Source: an uncultured Gammaproteobacteria bacterium
Lineage (GTDB): Bacteria; Pseudomonadota; Gammaproteobacteria; Pseudomonadales; Pseudohongiellaceae
NCBI GenBank assembly: GCA_913031035.1
Contig: CAJWGN010000001.1
Span: forward strand, 2,923-66,922
Length of the DNA stretch: 64,000 nt
Direction: 5' to 3'
The notes under the pieces were generated by a model that was given only the letters and a program-made list of their open reading frames with translations, was not told the origin of the DNA and ran no database searches. Positions 1-9,278 of this stretch are shown here, piece after piece. Position numbers and translations under genes: made by a program. Positions within the stretch are counted from its first letter, which is position 1. Every line of letters begins with the position of its first letter.

Positions 1-1
1 C

Positions 2-190
2 AGCACTATCGGTTTCGCTGTGAAAGACACAGAAACTGGTGATAAGTGGCATGCGGCGGGCTTAAGTTCCGGTGGTACAGCTTGTGAGGAACCGCCTGGA
101 TTGCGTGAAAGTGCTAATGGTAAGATTTATTTGGCTTATCTAAGAGACCCAGCAGGCAATAAGATTTGTGTTGTTAACCGCTTAGGCTAA
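2..190 (+). CDS. VOC/glyoxalase-fold protein, C-terminal fragment (5' end outside window)
   Basis: Frame 2 is open from the window edge to TAA at 188-190. The tail ...GKIYLAYLRDPAGNKICVVNRLG resembles the terminal beta-strands of glyoxalase/bleomycin-resistance-fold proteins (Y..DPdGN.i). Confidence 0.55.
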   Translation, partial: STIGFAVKDTETGDKWHAAGLSSGGTACEEPPGLRESANGKIYLAYLRDPAGNKICVVNRLG

Positions 191-249
191 CCCAAAAAAG
201 GCCTCTCGATGGCAAAATCAACCTTCGTTATTGATTAACTCTGTAGGCA

Positions 250-836
250 GATTATATCGCACACAAAAACAAGTCTTCATGGTCTCTGAGGCCCTGAGTA
301 CTGTTGACTGAGTTAGGGATTCTTTTCGAGGAAAATCTAACTCAGTTTGCTGGCGGTATGAACGTTAATGAATTTAAAAAGTTCGCACCTAACGCGATAG
401 TCCCTTGTCTTTAAGATGAAGAAAGAGCTGTTTTTGATTCGTTAGCAATTTGTAAATATATTGCAGAGCATGATGAAAGAGGTTGGCCTCGAGAGGTTAA
501 TACTAGAACTTGGGCTCGATGTGTTGCCTGCGAGTTGCACTCGAGTTTTTCGGCCCTGAGAAATGTTTGCGGTATGAATGTTGGGGTACGGGTACAGCCT
601 TTTAAAAAACCAGTTGAGTTGATGGCTGACGTTAATCGTTTAGATGACGTTTGAAGCGCAGAAATTACTAAGTTTGCCGGCCTATTTCTCACGGACACCG
701 AATTTTCTGCAGTGGATGCTCTCTCGCACCAGTAGCGTTCAGAGTGAGAACATCCGATTTGCCGATTAGTCATACGGCTAAAGCGTATTGCGACAAATTA
801 TTGTCTCTAGAGAGTCTAAAGCTGTGGGAAGGGTAG
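250..836 (+). pseudogene. Glutathione S-transferase (YfcF/GST-N + GST-C like) pseudogene
   Basis: My own translation gives ..KNKSSWSLRP*VLLTELGILFEENLTQFAGGMNVNEFKKFAPNAIVPCL*DEERAVFDSLAICKYIAEH...VNRLDDV*SAEITKFAGLFLTDTEFSAVDA, then a frame switch to LAPVAFRVRTSDLPISHTAKAYCDKLLSLESLKLWEG*. In-frame stops lie at 295-297 (TGA where GSTs have the W of SSWSLRPW), 412-414 (TAA) and 652-654 (TGA). At least one frameshift lies near 720-730, and no intact start codon remains. Confidence 0.7.
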
Positions 837-936
837 GCTATAGACGAAATTTGAAGAGCCCCAGATCATGAGTAAGCAATGATTATAGTAGGAGAAGTGG
901 TTGCAGATTTTCGAGCTAAGTAAAACTGGATAGTCT

Positions 937-1506
937 TCACAGCGTCTTTTCCATTGTTATAATTAAACTCATTGATCCATTATTCGCGCTAGTGCTATGT
1001 CTGTGCGTCTCTACATAACCCCGTGCTACGTATAAAGCCTCTCCAGCCACAGTTGATCCCAATTCGATTATTTTAAATCCGGCTTTGCGTGCTGCATTTT
1101 CACCCAACTCTAATAATAACGATCCGATGCCTAATCTTGTCCAGTCAGGGTGGGTATACATAGCTCTGATGCGAGCGGCATCAGCTGACGGGTCACTCAA
1201 GCGATCATCGCGGCCTTTGGTATGGTCGCCGCCATAGAGTGTCTTACGTTTACCCCAGCCTCCGCAGCCTACCAAAATATTTTGCTGATTCACCATCGCT
1301 TCGATCAGAAAATAGCTACTATCCTCGATTAGAGTTCGATCGACTCCCATGGTCTCTTTAGCCGCTTCGATTTCACCGGGTGACAAGTAGGCTTTCATAT
1401 TTTCGGTGATTGAGATTTGCATTAACTCGATAATAGCAGTGACATCATCTTTGTTTGCAATGCGGTGCTTAAACTTGGGCTTTTGATTTAGAGTCTCGGC
1501 GGACAT
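937..1506 (-). CDS. GNAT family N-acetyltransferase
   Basis: 189-aa ORF with an acetyl-CoA binding-type segment ...RIRAMYTHPDWTRLGIGSLLLELGENAARKAGF... (Q/RxxGxG/A-like) and typical GNAT length. Confidence 0.8.
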   Translation of the reverse strand: MSAETLNQKPKFKHRIANKDDVTAIIELMQISITENMKAYLSPGEIEAAKETMGVDRTLIEDSSYFLIEAMVNQQNILVGCGGWGKRKTLYGGDHTKGRDDRLSDPSADAARIRAMYTHPDWTRLGIGSLLLELGENAARKAGFKIIELGSTVAGEALYVARGYVETHRHSTSANNGSMSLIITMEKTL

Positions 1507-1735
1507 TATTTTAATTCGCTCTTATTGATCAGGGTTAACCAAAACTAGGAACTAGAGCCTATTTGCATAAATAGGCCCATAAAGAGTAGGGCGTAAGTAC
1601 TAAAGTGATAAAAATAAACCTACAAATAAGTAAGGCCTGAAATAAAAAGGAACGATAATAAGTCGGACCAAAAAGTAAGAAGAAACCGAATTAAACAGGG
1701 CATAAGCAAAAATTAGATCAAATCATCGCAAAAAT

Positions 1736-1784
1736 TTCTCAGAAATTTCTCAGAAATAAAGTGCCAGAAGTACCGTTCTCAGAA
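1736..1784. repeat. Three copies of the 9-bp near-palindrome TTCTCAGAA (1736-1744, 1747-1755, 1776-1784)
   Basis: Read directly: aaatTTCTCAGAAatTTCTCAGAAataaagtgccagaagtaccgTTCTCAGAAataag. The first two copies are 11 bp apart. They sit in a ~580-bp non-coding, A-rich spacer. Confidence 0.8.
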
Positions 1785-2083
1785 ATAAGTGGTATTTAAA
1801 GTGGCCCGGAGTAAAAATCTTATACTTCCCATAAAAATTGTTTATTAGCTGGGGTCTTACTTTGAGCTGGGTTTCTATTTTTTACTGTTCACCTAACTTA
1901 CTGGCCGGTTTCTTAACGGGCTTTTTACCTCGCTCTCCAGTCAGCTCTGTATTGTGCTTTTGTCTTGGATCTCTACCTTAAGGACTGCTTAATTCCCAGC
2001 TCACTTTCTTCACCTCCTTTATTTTGTTCAGCGTATTTTTATCTTATGTTTTTCTGGGCATATCGCAGTGCCATCGGTGGTTT

Positions 2084-3349
2084 TTATATTTTACTAACAA
2101 TAAGCGCCGCATTAACTCCGCCGAAACCAAATCCGTTGCAAAGGGTATGGTTATTTTTCGTTTCGCGGGTTTGGTTTGGTACAAGGTCCAGATCTGCCAT
2201 CGATTCGTCCGGGTTGTCCAGGTTAAGGGTTGCTGGCAATCTATCTTCAATGACCGCTAGCGCTGAAAATATACTCTCAATACCGCCGGCGGCGCCTAAT
2301 AGATGACCCGTCGCAGATTTAGTTGATGAGATAGGAATGCAGGCCAAACCTGCTCCAAAAACATTGCGCAAAGATGTGATCTCAGCGCCGTCACCCACCG
2401 GAGTCGAGGTTGCATGAGCGTTAATGTAATCGATATCATTGGCGTTCATATCAGCCATTTTAAGGGCTCTATGTACGGCGGCAGCAGCGCCTTGGCCATC
2501 AGGTCTGCCTGAGGTTATGTGATAGGCATCGGAGCTAGTGCCATAGCCGCTTAAAACAGCTAAGGGCGTTGCGCCCCGGGCCAGAGCGTGTTCAAGCGTT
2601 TCAATTACCATCAGTCCGGCACCTTCACCCATTACAAAACCGTTTCTAGCTTGATCAAAGGGTCGAGATGCTTGCTGAGGGTTCTCAGCTTCAGGTGATA
2701 GGGCTTTGAGGGCATTAAAACTCCCCAGTGAGAGTGGGTTAACGCAGGCCTCAGAACCGCCTACTAGAGCAACCTCGGCTTCACCACTGCGAATCAGTCG
2801 CATACCGTCCCCGATTGCTTGCAGGCTAGCGGCACAGGCTGTTACAGGGCAGCCTAGCGGCCCTCTGAAGCCATATTTAATGGAAAGATTGCCAGCTGCC
2901 ATATTGGCGAGGAATGCCGGTGCCGTAAACGGTGAAAGACGCTTAAATCCCCGTGAGTCTAGGGTTTTTTGAGCGTTAGATATGGTCGATAAACCGCCAA
3001 CACCTGTGGCAATAATAGTCGCGGTGGAGAGTTGGTCATGTTCAGATTCAGGGAACCAATTAGCCTGTTCTAGGGCCTCTTGGGCCGCTGCAAAGGCGTA
3101 AACAGTGAACAGGTCTAGTTTTTTAAGATCCTTCGGTGGGACAACTTTGGCAGAGTCAAAGCCTGCCACAGGGTCCTGCTCAATGTCTGGTACTAATCCA
3201 GCAATTTTAATTGGAACGTCTTCAAGATCAAATCTACTGATAAGATCAATACCGGATGTGCCAGCTAGAAGTCGGCTCCAAACAGGCTTGACGCCGCACC
3301 CTAGTGGACTGATGATACCCATACCGGTAATGACAATAGGCGAATTCAT
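2084..3349 (-). CDS. fabF: Beta-ketoacyl-ACP synthase II (KAS II)
   Basis: 421 aa. It has the active-site Cys context GCPVTACAAS, the His motifs NAHATSTPVGD and KSATGHLLGAAG, and the C-terminal NGFGFGGVNAALIV. It is not next to fabD/fabG/acpP in this window. Confidence 0.9.
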   Translation of the reverse strand: MNSPIVITGMGIISPLGCGVKPVWSRLLAGTSGIDLISRFDLEDVPIKIAGLVPDIEQDPVAGFDSAKVVPPKDLKKLDLFTVYAFAAAQEALEQANWFPESEHDQLSTATIIATGVGGLSTISNAQKTLDSRGFKRLSPFTAPAFLANMAAGNLSIKYGFRGPLGCPVTACAASLQAIGDGMRLIRSGEAEVALVGGSEACVNPLSLGSFNALKALSPEAENPQQASRPFDQARNGFVMGEGAGLMVIETLEHALARGATPLAVLSGYGTSSDAYHITSGRPDGQGAAAAVHRALKMADMNANDIDYINAHATSTPVGDGAEITSLRNVFGAGLACIPISSTKSATGHLLGAAGGIESIFSALAVIEDRLPATLNLDNPDESMADLDLVPNQTRETKNNHTLCNGFGFGGVNAALIVSKI

Positions 3350-3368
3350 GGCGTCTCCAGAAAATTAA

Positions 3369-3390
3369 ATAGTGTATCAATATACACTAT
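3369..3390. promoter_or_regulatory. Perfect 9-4-9 inverted repeat ATAGTGTAT-CAAT-ATACACTAT, candidate operator 20 bp upstream of the fabF start
   Basis: Read directly. Both 9-nt arms are exact reverse complements. It lies in the divergent fabF / MBL-hydrolase intergenic region. Confidence 0.35.
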
Positions 3391-3841
3391 CACCAAATAG
3401 AATATGATCAAGATAATATCCAACCACTAGCGATGAGCAAAGAGTTCAATAATGTCAGGTTTTAAGGATGTTGGGATAAAGCCCCGATGACTTGTTTCAA
3501 GGCTGTCAGTGGTATTGATTCCTCGCTAGGAATTTGGGATTTTTAGTGACTAACCTGTAGATTGAAATAATATGACTCATGGCACTTTGCGCTTGAACCC
3601 GCTATTTAAATTGAATATTTAGGATGAGTCACCTATAAAAACTTCGGAAAAAGCACTGAAGCACTTACGCTACGGGTTTTTAGTATTTTTAAGATTTAAC
3701 ATGCCACACAGCTCTACCCACGGAAGTGAATTGGGAAAAGAACTATCTGGACAGGGTATTAACGAAGGCTAGAATTCAGAAATTACCAAGAAAATTAAAA
3801 CTCAAAATTTTCAAAGAATCTAAAACCTAGGAAGAATAAAA

Positions 3842-4717
3842 ATGAAAAGAATAACCGTTGGTCTATTAGGCGCAGTGTTGGCGTCTACTAGCGTTTTTGC
3901 ACAAGACTTTAGTCAGGTTAATATCACTACGATTCCAGTGACCGATAATATCTATATGCTTCAAGGAAGCGGAGGTAACATTGGGGTATCGATAGGTGAT
4001 GATGGTACTTTTATTGTTGATGACCAATTCGCCCCTCTTACGGGAAAAATAGTTGAGGCCATCGCGGCCCTAACCGATAAGCCAGTTGATTTCGTCGTCA
4101 ATTCCCATTGGCATTATGATCACAGCGATGGAAATGAGAACTTCGGCAAAGCAGGTGCGTACATAGTTGCTCAAGATAACAGCCGTCACCGAATGGAAAC
4201 AGATCAGGTAGTGTCATTAAATGGCAGAGAGCAGGAGGCTTACGATGCTAGCGGGCTACCAAAAATAACATTTATGGATGCTATGAAATTCTATTTTAAT
4301 GGCAATACTATTGAAATTGTCTACACAGGTCCCGGTCATACTGACGGCGATGCTCAGGTCTATTTTCGAGAGTCAAATGTACTTCATACTGGCGACATGT
4401 TTGTCCGTTATGGGTTGCCGTTTATCGACCAGCCAAACGGAGGAACTACGAGTGGCATGATAGATTCACTGTGGGAGATTGCGGGGTTGATTGATGACGA
4501 TACAATTATTATTCCTGGGCATGGTCAGCTGGCTAAGCGATCAGATCTATTGGAGTACCGGTCCATGTTGGTGACTATTCGAGAGCGTCTTCAAGCGGCG
4601 ATAGCTCAAGGCCAATCTGCTGACCAAGTTGTGGCTTCGGATGTGGTTGAAGGTTTCGCCGCGCCAGGCGCTGGCACTGAGAGATGGGTTAGAGCGGCTT
4701 ACGAAGAATACAAATAA
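3842..4717 (+). CDS. Secreted MBL-fold metallo-hydrolase
   Basis: Has an N-terminal signal peptide (MKRITVGLLGAVLASTSVFAQ), the HxHxDH motif (NSHWHYDHSDGN), and later GPGHTDGD and HTGD metal-ligand motifs. Confidence 0.85.
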   Translation: MKRITVGLLGAVLASTSVFAQDFSQVNITTIPVTDNIYMLQGSGGNIGVSIGDDGTFIVDDQFAPLTGKIVEAIAALTDKPVDFVVNSHWHYDHSDGNENFGKAGAYIVAQDNSRHRMETDQVVSLNGREQEAYDASGLPKITFMDAMKFYFNGNTIEIVYTGPGHTDGDAQVYFRESNVLHTGDMFVRYGLPFIDQPNGGTTSGMIDSLWEIAGLIDDDTIIIPGHGQLAKRSDLLEYRSMLVTIRERLQAAIAQGQSADQVVASDVVEGFAAPGAGTERWVRAAYEEYK

Positions 4718-4872
4718 AGCTACTGATATAAGCGTTGGGAATTTTTATATTTTTCAACGACGTTTTGATAAACCGGCGCTTAGCTCTTTGTATACTGAGT
4801 GTCGGTGGCTTTAGCCAACAGTGTTTTTAACCAACAGTGTCTTTACAGTTAAGCGAAGAATTGATGATGGGA

Positions 4873-5475
4873 TTACTTGGGCTTAGTCCAAACCAGTAAT
4901 TGATTACATGCAGGCATAGAATTGTCCTCTAATAAATTTAGGCCTGCGTTCTTGGCCAATTCATCAACTTTTTCAAAGTCCCTAACGCCGCTATTAGAAT
5001 TTCTCTCCTTCAACCAAAGATCGAAACTGGCATTGCTATCAGTCGTAAACTCTCCGGCGTATTTAAAGGGTCCGTAAGCTAAAACTATTCCGTTTACGTT
5101 CAAATGCTCATTGAGTTTTGCAAACAGTTTTTCTACTGATTTACTGGACATTATATGGAGAGTATTTGCTGTGAAAATGGCATCGTACTTACCAGTATTC
5201 CAGTGTGGGTCGTCTGCGTTGAGTGTAAATGCTAGCGGAACGTTTTTTAAATCTGCGTTATTAATCCTTAGATTAAGCGTTGTAATATTATCGGCGATAT
5301 CTGTGGACTGCCAAGAGATATTTGGGAATTTCTCTCCGAAAAATACTGCATGTTGTCCGGTGCCCCCGCCTATTTCTAAAACTGAGCTTTTGCCCTGAAG
5401 TTTTTGTTCGAAGACATCAAGAATAGCCTGTTTATTATTTTCACTTGCTTGGCTATAAGGGAACTCTTCGATCAT
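4873..5475 (-). CDS. DUF938-type class I SAM-dependent methyltransferase-like protein
   Basis: Has EIGGGTGQH (motif I) and an N-terminus MIEEFPYSQASENNKQAILDV like DUF938. I prefer the ATG at 5475 over the track start at 5580, which would overlap yaaA by about 90 nt. Confidence 0.7.
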   Translation of the reverse strand: MIEEFPYSQASENNKQAILDVFEQKLQGKSSVLEIGGGTGQHAVFFGEKFPNISWQSTDIADNITTLNLRINNADLKNVPLAFTLNADDPHWNTGKYDAIFTANTLHIMSSKSVEKLFAKLNEHLNVNGIVLAYGPFKYAGEFTTDSNASFDLWLKERNSNSGVRDFEKVDELAKNAGLNLLEDNSMPACNQLLVWTKPK

Positions 5476-5488
5476 AGTGGCAAAACCT

Positions 5489-6262
5489 TTAGTCTTGTTT
5501 GCGAAGAAAAACTGGTTTAGCAACTGTAGAATCGGCTTCGCTATAGCGGTATCCGTTAACTTGGAAATCCAGCAACTCACCAGCTGATTCTATGCGATTG
5601 TTAACAATGTAAGTGACCATCTCGCCTCGGGCTTTCTTGGCGAAAAAGCTAATGATCTTATATTTGCCATTAGACCAGTCCTTAAAAACCGGTGTGACCA
5701 CTTCGGCTTCAAGTTTTTTGGTTTGGACAGCACTAAAGTATTCATTTGAGGCGAGATTGATGAGTAATTTTGTCTTCAAGGGGGCAAGCTCTGAATTTAT
5801 GTTGTCAGTAATTTTTGAGCCCCAGAATTCGTATAAATTCTTCCCGCGCTCGTTAGCAAATTTGCTGCCCATCTCAAGTCTATAGGGCTGAATAAGATCT
5901 AGCGGTTTTAATAGGCCATAGAGACCGGATAAAATCCGTAAATGCTTTTGGGCAAAATTCAACTCTGCTACCGAATAATCTTCAGCTTTCATGCCTTGGT
6001 AGACATCCCCTCGAAATGCAAAGATAGCTTGTTTGGCATTTTCTGGCGTAAAAGGCGCCTTCCAGTTTGCATTGCGGGCAAAATTCAACTCCCCTAATGC
6101 ATCACTCATGTGCATCAATTCTGAGAGCTGCTCGGGCTGATATTTTTTGAGCCCCTTCATTAATTCCTTAGAATCGTTAAGAAACTCGACCTCACTAGTT
6201 TTCTTAGTCTTAGCAGGGGAATCGAAGTCCAGAGATTTGGCTGGTGATACTACAATAATCAT
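5489..6262 (-). CDS. yaaA: Peroxide stress protein YaaA (DUF328)
   Basis: The N-terminus MIIVVSPAKSLDF matches the YaaA hallmark (MLILISPAKTLDY in E. coli). The length also fits. Confidence 0.85.
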   Translation of the reverse strand: MIIVVSPAKSLDFDSPAKTKKTSEVEFLNDSKELMKGLKKYQPEQLSELMHMSDALGELNFARNANWKAPFTPENAKQAIFAFRGDVYQGMKAEDYSVAELNFAQKHLRILSGLYGLLKPLDLIQPYRLEMGSKFANERGKNLYEFWGSKITDNINSELAPLKTKLLINLASNEYFSAVQTKKLEAEVVTPVFKDWSNGKYKIISFFAKKARGEMVTYIVNNRIESAGELLDFQVNGYRYSEADSTVAKPVFLRKQD

Positions 6263-6285
6263 AAATATACCCATTAAGTTTTATT

Positions 6286-6771
6286 TTAGTCTTGAGAGTC
6301 CATTTCTAACCACCAGTTCAAAGGTGTCTCACCATCTTTAGGGTCGTAAACATTGCCATAATACCAAACCGTATCGGGATAATCCGCGATGCTTTCGTTC
6401 AAAATATTTTCAATAGTCTGAAACCCTATGGTGTAATGAATGCTATAGACTAAAGCCCGTTCATTTTGTAGGTCTAAGTTGCCATCCAGTTTTTCGATAG
6501 CCGGTGTCAACTTCTCTGATAGCCGCGTTAACTGGTGTTTACGAAAAACACGAATACATAGATTGCCGCTGCGCTGAATCAGCTCATATTGAGCAGTACC
6601 CGGATTTATTAATTTTACTTGGTCGCCAGCGGCCAAATTACGAGTCAAAAGCGGTGATTTGACTAATCTGTAGACATCTTGCTCGTCGCCGAAGGGTTCA
6701 ACCTGTAAACTTTCAAAAACCGGCTGACCCTCTGGATCAGCGCCGGCGAGAAAAGGAACGTCTATTTTCAT
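6286..6771 (-). CDS. Hypothetical cytoplasmic protein (161 aa)
   Basis: Clean ORF with normal composition. I cannot firmly name a family. Confidence 0.55.
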   Translation of the reverse strand: MKIDVPFLAGADPEGQPVFESLQVEPFGDEQDVYRLVKSPLLTRNLAAGDQVKLINPGTAQYELIQRSGNLCIRVFRKHQLTRLSEKLTPAIEKLDGNLDLQNERALVYSIHYTIGFQTIENILNESIADYPDTVWYYGNVYDPKDGETPLNWWLEMDSQD

Positions 6772-6870
6772 AAGTGATTTCTATGGCCGTATTTATAGTG
6801 AATAGTAGGGTTAAGTTAATAACGCAGCTGAACCTTAATTGGCTCCGCACTTTAAGAGCAGGATTATCTC

Positions 6871-7233
6871 ATGCTTGAGCGTCTTCAGACCATTGCAAAG
6901 GTTTTTTCTCGACTTAAACCGTTATTACTGTTGATAGCTTTTGCTGGGCTTATGGGTTTTGGCTTAAGTTTGTTTGAGTCTCCCGTATTAGAGGGGCGTC
7001 AGCTAATGATGCCGTCCTTGGTGGTTCTATTTTGGGCGACCGCCAGCGTTTGTTTTGCGGTACTATTTGAGAATATCCCTCCAGCTTCAAATCCAGAAGC
7101 TGGATATCGTCAGCGTTGGTCAGTTACATTGCGCCGGGGTGGATATTGGCTTCTCGGCAGCTTCATGATTCTGCTTAGTCTCAGTCTTGTGGTGCTGAGT
7201 TACCAGCTAATTCGAACCTGGTTTATGCTGTAG
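6871..7233 (+). CDS. Hypothetical membrane protein (3-4 TM, 120 aa)
   Basis: Contains hydrophobic segments LLLLIAFAGLMGFGLSLF, LVVLFWATASVCFAVLF and YWLLGSFMILLSLSLVVLSY. Confidence 0.5.
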   Translation: MLERLQTIAKVFSRLKPLLLLIAFAGLMGFGLSLFESPVLEGRQLMMPSLVVLFWATASVCFAVLFENIPPASNPEAGYRQRWSVTLRRGGYWLLGSFMILLSLSLVVLSYQLIRTWFML

Positions 7234-7350
7234 CCTTTGAATCGCCCTGCAAAATCCCTGTGTATGATAATTACAAGCGTTGGTCAGTATGCAGATTATC
7301 CATTTATAAGGCTGTAGTAAGGCCAAATTAGCGCCGAGTCCTAATTCTTC

Positions 7351-7866
7351 ATGAGTCTATCTTCACTTCTAAAGCTGTCTGACGCTATCGATCGGCTCAA
7401 TCATTTCATTGGCCGCAGCGCTGCTTGGCTATCGCTGTTGATGGTTATAATAACGCTTGTTGTGGTTGTGCTTCGCTATGGTTTTCAGATTGGGTCAATA
7501 GCTCTGCAGGAATCCATCATGTACATAAACGCCTTGGTGTTTACCTTGGGTGCTGCTTACACGCTTAAGGAAGAAGGGCATGTTCGTGTTGATATTTTCT
7601 ACAGTAATTTTAACGATAAAAATAAAGCGATTGTAGACATTATTGGCGTTGTTTGTTTTCTGTTCGTGACATCGGCATTTGTCGCTTGGTCTAGCTGGGA
7701 TTATGTTTCTGTTAGTTGGAGAATATTGGAGAGCTCGCCTGAAACCAGCGGCTTACCCTTTGTTTATTTGCTGAAGTCTACTATTTATATTTTGATAACG
7801 CTGCTGTGTTTGCAGGGGATCTCTGAGCTAATCAAATCTATCAACACCGTGGTGAAGACAAAATGA
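7351..7866 (+). CDS. TRAP transporter small permease (DctQ family)
   Basis: 171 aa with 4 TM segments. It overlaps the downstream DctM-type gene by 4 bp (ATGA). Confidence 0.85.
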   Translation: MSLSSLLKLSDAIDRLNHFIGRSAAWLSLLMVIITLVVVVLRYGFQIGSIALQESIMYINALVFTLGAAYTLKEEGHVRVDIFYSNFNDKNKAIVDIIGVVCFLFVTSAFVAWSSWDYVSVSWRILESSPETSGLPFVYLLKSTIYILITLLCLQGISELIKSINTVVKTK

Positions 7867-9248
7867 TGGAAATCGCTTTACCATTCATTTTATTTGCGTC
7901 GATTTGCTTAGTCTTGATGATGGGTTATCCAGTTGCCCTTTCATTGGCAGGTGTTTCCCTTATATTCGCGGCGGTTGGTAGCGTAACAGGTGTGTTTGAT
8001 TCGGCTTTTATTGCGCTTATTCCGAATAGAATTTACGGGATCCTGATTAATCAAAATCTGTATGCGGTGCCTCTTTTTGTTTTCATGGGTGCGATGCTTG
8101 AAAAGAGCAAAATTGCTGAGGATTTGCTTTCAAATATGGCAATCGTGTTCCGTGGAGTGCCCGGTGGTTTGGGGCTTTCTGTGGTCTTGGTTGGAATGCT
8201 TCTAGCTGCCAGTACCGGTATCGTTGGTGCCACTGTTGTTACGATGGGGATTCTGTCACTGCCAACCATGATAAAGGCTGGCTACAAGCCCTCTTTAGCC
8301 GCTGGCACCCTTTGCGCTACAGGCACTCTTGGGCAAATAATTCCTCCTTCTATTTGTTTGGTCCTGCTGGGCGAGGTTATGTCCAATGCCTACCAGCAAT
8401 CGCAGCTTAACAGCGGCAACTTTGCTCCTGATTTCATTTCAATTGGAGACTTATTCGCTGGTGCAATTGTGCCAGGTTTGATGCTGGTTTTTTCCTATGC
8501 CATGTACATATTTGCGACAGCGATTCTGCGGCCGAGTGATGCACCTGCGATGGAAAAAAGTGATGATGAAGCAGAAGATGCTTCAATAATATTTGCACTT
8601 ATTAAGGGTCTGCTACCTCCAGTATTTTTAATGGTAGCCGTCCTTGGCTCAATACTCAGTGGGCTAGCAACCCCTACAGAGGCTGCCAGTGTTGGAGCTT
8701 TTGGCGCTATTTTTCTCACGTTGCTGCGAGGCGGGCTAAACTTTAAGGTACTTCACGAAGTTTCTATCGAGACTATGCGAGTCACCTCAATGGTCTATCT
8801 TATACTCGTTGGTGCGTCTATTTTTTCATCGGTATTCAGAGGTTTCGGTGGCGATGAACTGGTTGAGTCACTTTTGCTCGGTTTGCCGGGAGGTGCTTTT
8901 ACCGCGATGCTTGTGGTGATGCTATTGATCTTTTTTCTGGGTTTTATTCTAGATTTTATAGAGATCACTTTTATGATCGTGCCGCTAGTGGGCCCAATAC
9001 TTCTAGGTATGGGATTGGATCCAATTTGGCTGGGAATCATGATTGCGATTAATTTGCAGACGTCATTTTTGACCCCACCGTTTGGCTTCTCACTATTTTA
9101 TTTGCGCAGCGTAGCGCCAGCAGAAATTAAAACCGGTGACATTTACCGTGGTGCGGTGCCGTTCGTCATACTGCAGCTGCTGTTACTGTGTGTATTAGCT
9201 CTGCAACCGGGGATAGTGACTTGGTTGCCTGAGCTATTACGGAATTAG
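7863..9248 (+). CDS. TRAP transporter large permease (DctM family)
   Basis: 461-aa polytopic protein with typical DctM blocks (..GGLGLSVVLVGMLLAASTG.., ..FLTPPFGFSLFYL..). It is translationally coupled to dctQ. Confidence 0.9.
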   Translation: MMEIALPFILFASICLVLMMGYPVALSLAGVSLIFAAVGSVTGVFDSAFIALIPNRIYGILINQNLYAVPLFVFMGAMLEKSKIAEDLLSNMAIVFRGVPGGLGLSVVLVGMLLAASTGIVGATVVTMGILSLPTMIKAGYKPSLAAGTLCATGTLGQIIPPSICLVLLGEVMSNAYQQSQLNSGNFAPDFISIGDLFAGAIVPGLMLVFSYAMYIFATAILRPSDAPAMEKSDDEAEDASIIFALIKGLLPPVFLMVAVLGSILSGLATPTEAASVGAFGAIFLTLLRGGLNFKVLHEVSIETMRVTSMVYLILVGASIFSSVFRGFGGDELVESLLLGLPGGAFTAMLVVMLLIFFLGFILDFIEITFMIVPLVGPILLGMGLDPIWLGIMIAINLQTSFLTPPFGFSLFYLRSVAPAEIKTGDIYRGAVPFVILQLLLLCVLALQPGIVTWLPELLRN

Positions 9249-9278
9249 GCTATTTTTTGGATTCACTTAAGGTTAGCT

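Noticed and set aside
311-345. Hairpin-like inverted repeat (tGAGTTAG...CTAACTCa) considered as a terminator after the VOC gene
   Set aside because: The stem is short (7-8 bp), has no T-tract, and lies within the coding remnant of the GST pseudogene (..TELGILFEENLTQ..).
411-773. 120-aa minus-strand ORF from the track
   Set aside because: It lies entirely antisense to the recognisable GST relic and has no recognisable motif. It is open only because the opposite strand was recently coding.
1965-2306. Plus- and minus-strand ORFs (1965-2306, 2024-2260, 2044-2250) overlapping the fabF 3' end and the T-rich spacer
   Set aside because: The sequences are low-complexity and hydrophobic, generated by T-rich DNA. 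They overlap a strongly supported fabF and have no SD or family resemblance.
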